From: Deltaproteobacteria bacterium TL4 | GTDB lineage: Bacteria > SAR324 > NAC60-12 | Reading direction: 5' to 3' | Length of the DNA: 23,245 nt | Assembly (NCBI GenBank): GCA_051382335.1 | Contig: JBBCAX010000099.1 | Coordinates: forward strand, 1 to 23,245 | Shown: in pieces, positions 1 through 8,497 of the stretch | How the letters are laid out: each line of letters begins with the position of its first letter | Position numbering within the stretch: the stretch's first letter is position 1 | Position numbers and translations under genes: made by a program | The notes under the pieces: generated by a model | What the model saw: only the letters and a program-made list of their open reading frames with translations | The model's database searches: none | Told to the model about the DNA's origin: nothing

Positions 1-82
1 AATATTACGAAAGTTGATTTTAAAACAAAGAAAAAACAAAAAAATATGAAAGAACTGTTTTTTGAGCAAGTTATTAATTTCA

Positions 83-319
83 TTAATAAAATTGCAGCGT
101 AAAAACATTCATGCACGGGTATTGGGCTATAGCACCCTCCAGGGCTGCTTCAACAGAACACATTCCGCTAATGGAAGTGCCTACCAATCTAGTGAAAAAA
201 TCTCCTCCTCCTGAAATATCGGTTGCATCCACCTGCCACCAGGAAAGTCGCTCTAACTCCCCGGCTCTGGCAATTTTGATCTGGAGGGTCAAGATTTGAT
301 CGATCACTTGGGTATCCAT
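83..319 (-). pseudogene. Truncated BrxE-family (BREX type 6) protein, N-terminal fragment
   Basis: The 78-aa ORF IDQILTLQIKIARAGELERLSWWQVDATDISGGGDFFTRL resembles the BrxE N-terminus as I recall it (D.IL.LQL.VAWAGE...RLGWW..D..D..GGGD.F.RL). Similarity ends near AALEGA, and the ORF stops in AT-rich DNA well short of a full BrxE. Confidence 0.55.
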
Positions 320-922
320 GTTCCTGTTGCATTTTAAAAAGGTTTAAAAAGGAATCCCCCCCCTTTATCCTTGAAAAAAGGGATTCTCTTGTTTAAAAAC
401 AGCTATGACTCAAAATAGCAATCTCTAGAAAGTTTTATAAAGTTTTAACCATGCCTCTATAGACAAACCTCCTAAAAATAAAGCTTTTTATGATAAAACT
501 ATACAGAGCAGGAATCCGCATCACCAAAGCGGATTTGAACTAGGTCGTCTAAATCGGCCAAAATAGCCTGCTCAAAAAATGGACCTGCAAGAATGGCTCA
601 CGAACCCTTATTTTCTACGGGTTTCCTCCAATTTTTCAGAGGGCCAAAAAGTGGGCAAAAAAATCACATCAAAAAGGCATGTTTTGGACGACCTAGATTT
701 GAACCAACTCAAAATCAGGGTTAAAGAAGCCGGGGGATTTATTGCCCTCACAAAAGGGCATGGATGTTAGAGGAATTCCGATTGAAAAAGATGGGATTGG
801 CAGAGCGGATGATCCGGTTTGAGGGATGAAGCCCTAGGCTTGTTTACCCAACTTCTCTTTAAAATGAGCGAACCATCAGTGAGAACGCTGTGAAATTCCA
901 GAGTTACCCCCTTTTGAGTAAA

Positions 923-951
923 ATGTAAGAAGACGGTTGACATTCTTACAT
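923..951. promoter_or_regulatory. Perfect 9-bp inverted repeat enclosing a TTGACA, candidate operator for the downstream operon
   Basis: ATGTAAGAA (923-931) - 11 nt - TTCTTACAT (943-951). The spacer ends in TTGACA (937-942). It lies about 170 bp upstream of the ATG at 1119. No good -10 box at 17 bp. Confidence 0.35.
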
Positions 952-1118
952 GCATTTGTGACATACAAAGTAGGCGGAAAGTCTAATTTGAAGATACAGC
1001 AGAACCCATCGTCAACCAGGGATCATCCCTATCCAGGTGAGTGAGGAGTTCGTCGTTCATAACTTCGGACTCACAACGAGCAAACCTTTTCTCATAACCA
1101 ATCGCTTTTGATAAAAAT

Positions 1119-3836
1119 ATGTCTCAACCCTTGATTTTGGATTCAAAGGAAGCCTCTCGTTATGACGCTTCAATGCTTGGCGGGAAAGCAGCCAATATGG
1201 CATGGATGACACGTAATGGCTTTCCCGTCCCTGATTGGGTAGTTGTTACCACACACGCTTATGACGAACATTTGCGTCAAGACGGCCTGAAAGAATGGGT
1301 TGAGTTGCAAATGGAGCTCGTGCGTTCCTCAGAGAAAGAGGCTCTGCCTAAAATACTGGCTGAAATCCGAAAACGGGTAGCAGCCACCGCCTTACCCCCG
1401 TCTGTTGAGGAAGGTTTGGCCAGGGCGCTTGCCGTCGTTAACGATTGGGAAAATGAATACTTTGCCGTGAGATCGTCAGTAGTGGGCGAAGATGCGGCAG
1501 GAGCCTCGTTTGCGGGACAAATGGAATCCTTTTTATTTCAGAAAGGCAAAGAAGGCATTACCCGCTCCATTCGTAAGTGTTTTGCCAGTGCCTTTACCGA
1601 TCGCGCTATTTTGTATCGTATCCAAAAAAAGCTACCTCTGCTTAAAATTGAAGCAGCCGTAATAGTTCAGGTTATGGTTGAAGGAAGGGTTTCCGGTGTG
1701 ATGTTCACCGCCCATCCGGCCAACGGCAGCAGAAAACACGCTCTGGTTTCCTCAGGCTATGGAATTGGGGAGGGGATCGTTTCTGGACTGTGTAATACCG
1801 ATGAGTACACCGTCGGTTTGGAAGATCAGACTGTTTCAAAAATTATCAATCAAAAAGACACTCAAATGATTTTTAATAAAGAAACGGGAAGTGGCGTCCT
1901 TGAAGTTCCCGTTGCAGCAAATTTACACGCAAAGCCCAGTTTAACGGATGCGGAGGTTTTAAGACTGGTGGATTGCGGAAGAATGATTGCTCAAAAACTG
2001 CGACACCCTCAGGATATTGAATGGGCCTTTCGAGGCGATGAGCTTTATATCCTGCAAACCCGACCCATCACACAACTTCCTCCGCCTTCCAATCCAAAAG
2101 GAGAGCTGATTGTTTGGGACAATTCCAACATTCAGGAAAGTTTCAATGGGGTAACGACGCCTCTCACTTTTAGTTTTGCTAATCTTTTTTACAGAGAAAT
2201 GTACACCCAGACTATGCGCATCATGGAACTCACGGAAAAGGAAATTCAAGAACATGCGCCAGTGGTGAACAACTTGTTGGGATTGATTCGTGGACGAGTC
2301 TACTACAACATCAACAATTGGTATCGAGGCTTGCTATTTCTACCAGGATTCAAAACGAATAAAGCCGACATGGAACGCATGATGGGTTTGGCAGATCCTG
2401 TGGACATGATACAGAACACGGAACTTCCCTGGGACCAAAAACTGAAGAAGATCCCTGGGCTCATTTTATTGGTGATCCGCACCCTGTTGAAGTTCAGAAG
2501 GATCAATCAAATTACAGAAGATTTTCGTGCCCTGTTTAAATCCGTCTATGACAGGATTGACCGAAGTACGCTGCATGAACTGGAAATCGCGGAACTGATG
2601 GACATGACGGCTATGCTGAAAAGGGATTTGATCATGAAGTGGGATGCTCCGATTATTAATGATGTCAATGTCATGATGGCAAATGGCAGAGTACACCGAT
2701 GGCTTGAGAAAATTGGAATTGAGAATACGGCGGTGGTTCAAAACAATCTTCTTTCCGGAGAAGAAGGCATCGAAAGTACCGAACCAACGAAAATGCTGCT
2801 GAGAATGTGCGCGACCCTTCGCAAAACCCCTGAACTTAGAAAAATATTTGAGGAAGTTTCCAATCAACAGCTATTGGCCGCCATTCAACATCAGTCTCCT
2901 TCTTTTTATGAAGACTGTTTAGTCTATATTGAACTGTTCGGAGACAGGACGATTGGTGAACTCAAACTGGAATCAAAAACGTTACGTCAGGATCCCTCTT
3001 TTATGTTTTCTATCTTGAAAAACTTCCTCACACGCGAAGAATTAACGATCGAAACCCTCAATCAAAATGAGGAAAAATTCCGTACAGAAGCTGAAGAACT
3101 GTGCTTTAAGGCTGTAATGCAAAAGTATGGCAGAAGGAAGTTAGCTCAATTTAAAAAGGATGTCGACAAACTGCGTAACGCCATTAAAAATCGTGAGAAT
3201 ATGCGTTTGGCGCGAACTCGTTTATTTGGATTGTACCGGGATATTTTTCTGGAAATAGGTAAACAATTACACTTTTATGGTCAACTCGAAGATCCCCGGG
3301 ATATTCTTTTCCTTAAGGTTGATGAACTGGAAACCTACATGGAAGGCCGGTGTGTGCAAAGTGATTTAAAAATTTTGGTAGCGGGGAGAAAACAGGAATA
3401 TCAACGCTATAAGGAAGAGGCAGAACCCTCTCATCACTTCTATACCACAGGTGCCGTCTATCATCATAACAATTTTGAATATCCCCACCAGGCAAAAATG
3501 AAAACGCCTGAGGGCTTAAAGGGAACGGGATGTTACCCTGGCGTGGTTGAAGAAAAAATACGTTTGATTTTTTCTCCTGAGGATGAGCTTTCCCTTAATG
3601 GACAAATTCTCTGCACCGTCCGGACCGATCCCGGATGGGCCCCCTTATTTCCTACCGCCGGGGGGATTATTGTGGAACGGGGTTCTACCCTTTCTCACTC
3701 AGCCGTCGTCGCGCGTGAATTAGGCATTCCCGCAATTGTTGGGATTCCTGGGATCACAAAAATTTTGAAAGATGGGGAACTCATCCGGATGAACGGTGAA
3801 TCGGGGATTGTCGAACTATTGAGTAAAAATGAATAA
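1119..3836 (+). CDS. PEP-utilising enzyme with rifampin phosphotransferase/PigC-like architecture (ATP-grasp, central substrate domain, C-terminal phospho-His swivel domain); substrate unknown
   Basis: 905 aa. ATP-grasp motifs LGGKAANM, AVRSSVVGED, SFAGQ, SGVMFT, GIGEGIVSG, PQDIEWA, ILQTRPIT. C-terminal RTDPGWAPLF and GSTLSHSAVVARELGIP (His860). No C-terminal pyruvate-binding barrel, so it is not PpsA or PPDK. Confidence 0.85.
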   Translation: MSQPLILDSKEASRYDASMLGGKAANMAWMTRNGFPVPDWVVVTTHAYDEHLRQDGLKEWVELQMELVRSSEKEALPKILAEIRKRVAATALPPSVEEGLARALAVVNDWENEYFAVRSSVVGEDAAGASFAGQMESFLFQKGKEGITRSIRKCFASAFTDRAILYRIQKKLPLLKIEAAVIVQVMVEGRVSGVMFTAHPANGSRKHALVSSGYGIGEGIVSGLCNTDEYTVGLEDQTVSKIINQKDTQMIFNKETGSGVLEVPVAANLHAKPSLTDAEVLRLVDCGRMIAQKLRHPQDIEWAFRGDELYILQTRPITQLPPPSNPKGELIVWDNSNIQESFNGVTTPLTFSFANLFYREMYTQTMRIMELTEKEIQEHAPVVNNLLGLIRGRVYYNINNWYRGLLFLPGFKTNKADMERMMGLADPVDMIQNTELPWDQKLKKIPGLILLVIRTLLKFRRINQITEDFRALFKSVYDRIDRSTLHELEIAELMDMTAMLKRDLIMKWDAPIINDVNVMMANGRVHRWLEKIGIENTAVVQNNLLSGEEGIESTEPTKMLLRMCATLRKTPELRKIFEEVSNQQLLAAIQHQSPSFYEDCLVYIELFGDRTIGELKLESKTLRQDPSFMFSILKNFLTREELTIETLNQNEEKFRTEAEELCFKAVMQKYGRRKLAQFKKDVDKLRNAIKNRENMRLARTRLFGLYRDIFLEIGKQLHFYGQLEDPRDILFLKVDELETYMEGRCVQSDLKILVAGRKQEYQRYKEEAEPSHHFYTTGAVYHHNNFEYPHQAKMKTPEGLKGTGCYPGVVEEKIRLIFSPEDELSLNGQILCTVRTDPGWAPLFPTAGGIIVERGSTLSHSAVVARELGIPAIVGIPGITKILKDGELIRMNGESGIVELLSKNE

Positions 3837-3848
3837 AAGGAGGAGTTA

Positions 3849-4706
3849 ATGGAAAATTTTAAAGCTTGGTTCACTTACACTAAAGAACGCTTTGGCTGTC
3901 TCAACCACTTTTTTTTAGTTGGAGGTCTTTCACTTTCGGGGATGTCTATCGCGTCTGACGCCTTTTCACCTGTGGGCGTGAGCATCAGTTTTACCTTACT
4001 CCTTGCCTTTTTTTATCAATTACGACTGATGGATGAATACAAGGATTATGACAAAGATGTCCTTGCGAATCCTGGTCGACCGCTGCCAAGGGGTTTGTTG
4101 GACAAAGAACGGGTGGCGACCGTGATCAAAGGGCTTCAAATCATTCTGTTAATCCTCCCCGTCCTGCTTCTCATTCTGGTTCCTGACTTAACGAACGCAG
4201 CCCTCATGTATCTCGTCACGATGGGATATTTATGGCTTATGTACGAAGAGTTCTTCATGAAAGACTGGCTTTCAACGCAGACCCTGATTGATGTTGCGTT
4301 ACACCAAGTTATCGTGGTTTTGTTCTGTGTGTTTCCCGCCTTGACAGTGAATGGAGACAATTTATTCAATCCCCTTGCCTGGTATTATGGCATAACCGTC
4401 GTCGGAGGCTTTCTCTGTTTTGAAATCAGCAGAAAACTGGATCCCAACAAACATAAAGTGCTTAAAACTTATTTATCGCTCTACGGCCCCAAAAAAACGT
4501 ATGCGCTGGTAATCGCGGTCACGCTCATCGCGGCGCTAGGCGCGTATTTAACAGGATATCATTTTTTATGGGCGTTTGAAATCGTTATGGTCGCTGTGGC
4601 GTCACTCATTGTCCTCAAGCCTGAAAAATTCAAACTGGTGGAGATGGTGGCAATGCTTTCAGTGGCCGCACATGTTTGGTCGGGCGTTATTGGCCGGTTT
4701 CTATAG
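3849..4706 (+). CDS. UbiA-superfamily intramembrane prenyltransferase (divergent)
   Basis: 285 aa with many hydrophobic segments. Asp-rich loop RLMDEYKDYDKDVLANPGRPLPRG (compare NDxxDxxxD...RP...G). Strong RBS AGGAGG in the 12-nt gap after the previous gene. Confidence 0.8.
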   Translation: MENFKAWFTYTKERFGCLNHFFLVGGLSLSGMSIASDAFSPVGVSISFTLLLAFFYQLRLMDEYKDYDKDVLANPGRPLPRGLLDKERVATVIKGLQIILLILPVLLLILVPDLTNAALMYLVTMGYLWLMYEEFFMKDWLSTQTLIDVALHQVIVVLFCVFPALTVNGDNLFNPLAWYYGITVVGGFLCFEISRKLDPNKHKVLKTYLSLYGPKKTYALVIAVTLIAALGAYLTGYHFLWAFEIVMVAVASLIVLKPEKFKLVEMVAMLSVAAHVWSGVIGRFL

Positions 4707-4745
4707 GGGAGTAATTACCTCATTTTTAATTTGAAGGAAAAACGT

Positions 4746-6353
4746 ATGGAAGATGTAGGAAATTTTGTTCAAGCCATCATTCACCACTGCCGTCATCAAC
4801 CAGAAAAGATGGCGCTGATCATTCCCAAATCCTGGGACGACAACCAGGTCACCGAAGAAACGTGTATTACCTACGGAGAACTTTACAAAAAAATTGCCGG
4901 ATATGTGGAAGGGTTGAAACGAGCTGGGTTCAAACCTGGAGATCGCATTTTAATTTTGTTTCCTCCGTCCATAGAACTTTATGCGTTTTGGACTGCTGTA
5001 ATGGCGAGTGGCGTCGTTGCCGTTTTTGTAGATATGGGGATGGGCTTAAAAAAAGCGTATCAGGCTATTACTGATTCAAAAGTTAAAGCGGTGGTGAGTA
5101 TGCATGCCTTTCTGAAATACCGCTTCATACTCCCCACTTTATGGAAATGCCGACTCTTTTCGGTGGACTCCAAAGGTTTGTTGATTCATCCTTTTGAAGA
5201 GCTTTTCGTTCCAGAAGCGCCCTCTTTTAAAGTTCAACCCAGGAATAAACAGGACCATTGTCTCATTACGTTCACTTCCGGATCCACAGGGAGGCCCAAA
5301 GGAGCCGATCGCCCCCACAGCATTCTGATAGCGCAGGATCAAGCTTTATGGCAGAGTGCGGTACGGATAGATCCAGGGTGGGAGAAGAGGGACTATGTTT
5401 GTCTGACCTGTTTCCCGGTAGCGCTTTTCTTTCTTTTGAGTCCTGGTCTCACCGTCATTTTGCCGGCAATGGACTTTAAAAAACCTGGAGAGGCGAATCC
5501 GAAACTCATTGTCCAGCAGTTTTTAAAATGGAACATTCATTGTCTCAGTGCGGCACCGGCTTTTATGGATCGGTTTATCAGTTATCTTGAAAAAGAGAAC
5601 CTCCCCTTTCCTGGAGTAAAATCAATCATCACCGGAGGCGCTCCAGTTTCGAGAACACTTTGTCAAAGAATAGTCACCTGTTTTCCCAATGCCAGCAATG
5701 AAATTGCCTACGGTTCAACAGAAGCAGAACCGGTGGCACACGTTGATATGAAAGAGGTTGCGGCAGAATCAGGGAAGGGCTACCTCGTTGGAAAACCCGT
5801 TAAAGAAGCCGAGGTTGAGATTGTGAAACTTCCTAAAGGGTTAATCAAGGTAGATGAACAACAGATGAACCCCTTCCGTGTCAAACAGGGAGAGATCGGT
5901 GAGATTGTGGTCAAGGGAAACCATGTTCTGCAAGGATATATCGACAATGAACAAGCGGACAGAGAGCACAAAATCAAATCGCCTGTAGGCGGGGTATGGC
6001 ACCGGATGGGGGATACAGGGTATTTTGATACCTTGGGACGTATCTGGTTAGTGGGACGTGCTTCCGCGGTAGTTTATCACCAGGGACAACCGATTCATCC
6101 CTTTCTGATTGAACAACATGTCAATGAATTGAAGGGGATTGTCAGGAGTGCTCTTGTTTCAAAAGGCAAAAATGTCGTCTTGGTCCTTCAGCTTGAAAAA
6201 AACGTTTCACTGGAACACCTCAAAAAACAAATTCGTTCCCTGGAAATTATTGACAACGGTATTGAAATCATTTCAACGGAGAACATCCCTGTGGATCGGA
6301 GACACAACAGTAAAGTAGACCGCCCCAAGTTGAAAAAAATCATGGAAGCCTGA
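4746..6353 (+). CDS. AMP-forming ligase (ANL superfamily), OleC-like
   Basis: Motifs LITFTSGSTGRPKG, YGSTEAEP, WHRMGDTG and C-terminal PVDRRHNSKVD, which resemble OleC-type enzymes. ATG at 4746 follows GAAGGA; an alternative TTG start is at 4731. Confidence 0.85.
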   Translation: MEDVGNFVQAIIHHCRHQPEKMALIIPKSWDDNQVTEETCITYGELYKKIAGYVEGLKRAGFKPGDRILILFPPSIELYAFWTAVMASGVVAVFVDMGMGLKKAYQAITDSKVKAVVSMHAFLKYRFILPTLWKCRLFSVDSKGLLIHPFEELFVPEAPSFKVQPRNKQDHCLITFTSGSTGRPKGADRPHSILIAQDQALWQSAVRIDPGWEKRDYVCLTCFPVALFFLLSPGLTVILPAMDFKKPGEANPKLIVQQFLKWNIHCLSAAPAFMDRFISYLEKENLPFPGVKSIITGGAPVSRTLCQRIVTCFPNASNEIAYGSTEAEPVAHVDMKEVAAESGKGYLVGKPVKEAEVEIVKLPKGLIKVDEQQMNPFRVKQGEIGEIVVKGNHVLQGYIDNEQADREHKIKSPVGGVWHRMGDTGYFDTLGRIWLVGRASAVVYHQGQPIHPFLIEQHVNELKGIVRSALVSKGKNVVLVLQLEKNVSLEHLKKQIRSLEIIDNGIEIISTENIPVDRRHNSKVDRPKLKKIMEA

Positions 6354-6371
6354 GCCTTAAGTTTTAAAGCA

Positions 6372-6403
6372 GGAATTGACGCGGAATTTTACTTGTCGAT
6401 TCC
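6372..6403 (+). terminator. Possible hairpin ending the three-gene operon
   Basis: GGAATTGAC / GTCGATTCC form 9 bp with one G-U pair and a 14-nt loop, starting 18 nt after the stop codon. The T-rich tail is only patchy. Confidence 0.25.
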
Positions 6404-6493
6404 AGTTCATTTACTCTTTGGGATGGTACCAAAAATGACGAATCCTACAAAATCTTGAAGGAAGGCCCAAAACAAGCAAATGATTATTTTTTA

Positions 6494-6514
6494 ATCACAA
6501 TCAGTTATTGTGAT
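6494..6514. promoter_or_regulatory. Dyad ATCACAAT-N5-ATTGTGAT, candidate enhancer-binding-protein site
   Basis: Perfect 8-bp inverted repeat about 100-120 bp upstream of the sigma-54 motif, a typical upstream activator distance. Confidence 0.45.
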
Positions 6515-6613
6515 CGTTTTTTAATATCCATTCTTTTATAACCCACTCCCAGCCAATAATAATACACATGTAAATTCAGTATGTTAATTAAAGACAGCAC
6601 GTATTGACAGTAG

Positions 6614-6629
6614 TGGCACACCTTCTGCT
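6614..6629 (+). promoter_or_regulatory. Sigma-54 (-24/-12) promoter of amtB
   Basis: TGGCACACCTTCTGCT with GG(6615-16)-N10-GC(6627-28), one mismatch to TGGCAC-N5-TTGCW, about 77 nt before the amtB start. Confidence 0.7.
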
Positions 6630-6705
6630 GAAGAGACAGGTAACCTAGTTTAATCATTTACTGATGAGGCTAATTAATTTAATTATTGTAGTTAGGAGGT
6701 AGAGA

Positions 6706-7953
6706 ATGGAATCTTTCGCAGATGTCAAATACGTACTAGACACTATTTGGTTATTGATCAGTGGAGCTTTTGTAATGTGGATGGCCGCAGGATTTGCGAT
6801 GCTTGAAGCAGGTTTAGTCCGTACAAAAAACACTACAGCCATATTAACCAAAAATATTGCTTTGTACGCAGTCGCCTGTTTAGCTTTTTATTTGATAGGT
6901 TATGATTTGATGTATGGTAAAGGCAATGTTCTTTTTGGCATGGGATTGTTTGCATCAAGTACCGCTGATGGAAAGCATAGTGGCCTTTCAGACTTCTTTT
7001 TTCAAGTGGTTTTTGTGGCAACAGCCGCCTCTATTGTTTCAGGAGCCGTTGCGGAGCGTATCAAATTTTGGCCTTTTATGGCATTCAATCTAATTTTAAC
7101 CACCTTCATTTACCCTATTCAAGGACACTGGACTTGGGGTGGTTCTTCTTTAGGAGGACTGCTTGACGGTTTTACCGACTTCGCGGGATCAACAATTGTC
7201 CACACGGTTGGAGGTTGGGCTGCTCTTGCAGGGGTGTTGCTGTTAGGCGCCAGGAAAGGGAAATTTACTTCTGAGGGAAAAGTCACCCCCATCCCAGGTT
7301 CCAATTTGCCGTTATCAACATTAGGTACTTTTATTTTATGGTTGGGTTGGTTTGGATTTAACGGAGGTTCGCAATTAGCCATGGGTTCCAAAAGCGACGT
7401 AAATGCCATTTCCGCTGTGATTGCAAATACAAATATCGCTGCATGTGCCGGAGCTGTTGTCGCCATGATATTGACTCAACTGCTTTATAAAAAAGTTGAT
7501 TTAACCATGATTCTTAACGGAGTTTTAGCCGGACTGGTTTCCATTACGGCAGGTCCTGACTATCCGAGCATGGGACTCGCCATCATCATAGGCTCCATTG
7601 GAGGAATTCTGGTTGTATTCGCTGTTCAAACATTCGACAAGCTCAAACTTGATGACCCAGTAGGAGCACTCTCAGTTCACTTGGTTTGTGGAATTTGGGG
7701 AACTTTGGCCGTTGGTCTGTTTAAGCCTGAGGCTTCTTTATGGGTGCAAATTAAAGGACTTGTAGTGGTTGGAGTGTTTACTTTCTGCACAAGTTACCTG
7801 ATCTGGTTGATATTAAAATCAACGGTTGGAATTAGGGTATCTGAGGAAGAAGAGTATGAAGGTTCTGACCTAACCGAGTTTGGAGCACACTCTTATCCGG
7901 AATTTGTTGGCTTCTCGGTGATGTCAAATACACATGCGAAATCAGCACAATGA
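6706..7953 (+). CDS. amtB: Ammonium transporter, Amt family
   Basis: 415 aa. Motifs GFAMLEAGLVRTKN, FFFQ...SGAVAER, DFAGSTIVH, LWLGWFGFNGGS, LDDPVGALSVHL; both pore His residues are present. RBS AGGAGG. Confidence 0.96.
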   Translation: MESFADVKYVLDTIWLLISGAFVMWMAAGFAMLEAGLVRTKNTTAILTKNIALYAVACLAFYLIGYDLMYGKGNVLFGMGLFASSTADGKHSGLSDFFFQVVFVATAASIVSGAVAERIKFWPFMAFNLILTTFIYPIQGHWTWGGSSLGGLLDGFTDFAGSTIVHTVGGWAALAGVLLLGARKGKFTSEGKVTPIPGSNLPLSTLGTFILWLGWFGFNGGSQLAMGSKSDVNAISAVIANTNIAACAGAVVAMILTQLLYKKVDLTMILNGVLAGLVSITAGPDYPSMGLAIIIGSIGGILVVFAVQTFDKLKLDDPVGALSVHLVCGIWGTLAVGLFKPEASLWVQIKGLVVVGVFTFCTSYLIWLILKSTVGIRVSEEEEYEGSDLTEFGAHSYPEFVGFSVMSNTHAKSAQ

Positions 7954-8032
7954 GCAGGTTGATTTGCAACAAAAATAGATTTTAAAACTCAAAAACAGCC
8001 TTCCCACTTGCCGTCCTTTTTCGGTAGCTAGC

Positions 8033-8063
8033 AGTGTCTCTGTACGCCTTCGACAGAGACACT
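8033..8063. other. Perfect 11-bp stem-loop downstream of amtB
   Basis: AGTGTCTCTGT - ACGCCTTCG - ACAGAGACACT. No U-tract on either side. Confidence 0.55.
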
Positions 8064-8142
8064 ATCATCAAATCACCACCTTCCCGGAAAGTTCTGCCTC
8101 AAACAGAAAATAAAATATAAAAATTTTTATAAAAATATTGCG

Positions 8143-8159
8143 TGGCATAAAATTTGCCA
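8143..8159. promoter_or_regulatory. TGGCA-N7-TGCCA dyad that reads as a sigma-54 motif on both strands
   Basis: Plus strand TGGCATAAAATTTGCC and minus strand TGGCAAATTTTATGCC both have GG-N10-GC spacing. Confidence 0.45.
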
Positions 8160-8497
8160 TTCATTATTTGAGTGCTGATAAAAGTAGACTCATTAAATCC
8201 TTCTCCATTACGTAATTCTGAGACTATTGGCACAAAAATAATTATTTTCTTAACGAAGATAATTTGAATCACCTCAACATTCATCTAAAGTTTTTGCAGA
8301 AGCAACCGATACCATGGTTGAGACTGTGTTCATTAATGTTATTGGTAGAAGCAAATTTTGGTAACAACCATTATCGCGCAACAGAGATGGTAGTTCATCA
8401 ATTTTAATAAGAAGCATCTTCGTGGCAGTTAAAATTGCTTAATGGCTATCGGCAGTTTGAATATTTATTGATCTATTTTTATATTTGAAGGACTATC

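Noticed and set aside
352..386. GAATCCC...GGGATTC inverted repeat
   Set aside because: 7-bp stem with a 21-nt loop and a single copy in the window; no role can be assigned.
490..964. Short ORFs 579-770 (+) and 767-964 (-), possibly a decayed gene
   Set aside because: No recognisable motif, and joining them needs several unsupported frameshifts.
4746..6353. Calling this oleC of an olefin biosynthesis cluster
   Set aside because: oleA, oleB and oleD are not adjacent; only family-level similarity is supported.
6604..6609. TTGACA upstream of amtB as a sigma-70 -35 box
   Set aside because: No -10 hexamer at 16-18 nt; the sigma-54 motif explains the site better.
8099..8284. 61-aa minus-strand ORF
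   Set aside because: Very AT-rich and I/F/K-biased with no motif; typical of a spurious intergenic frame.
8423..8439. TGGCAGTTAAAATTGCT as a sigma-54 promoter for the 120-aa gene
   Set aside because: GG-to-GC spacing is 11 nt rather than the required 10.
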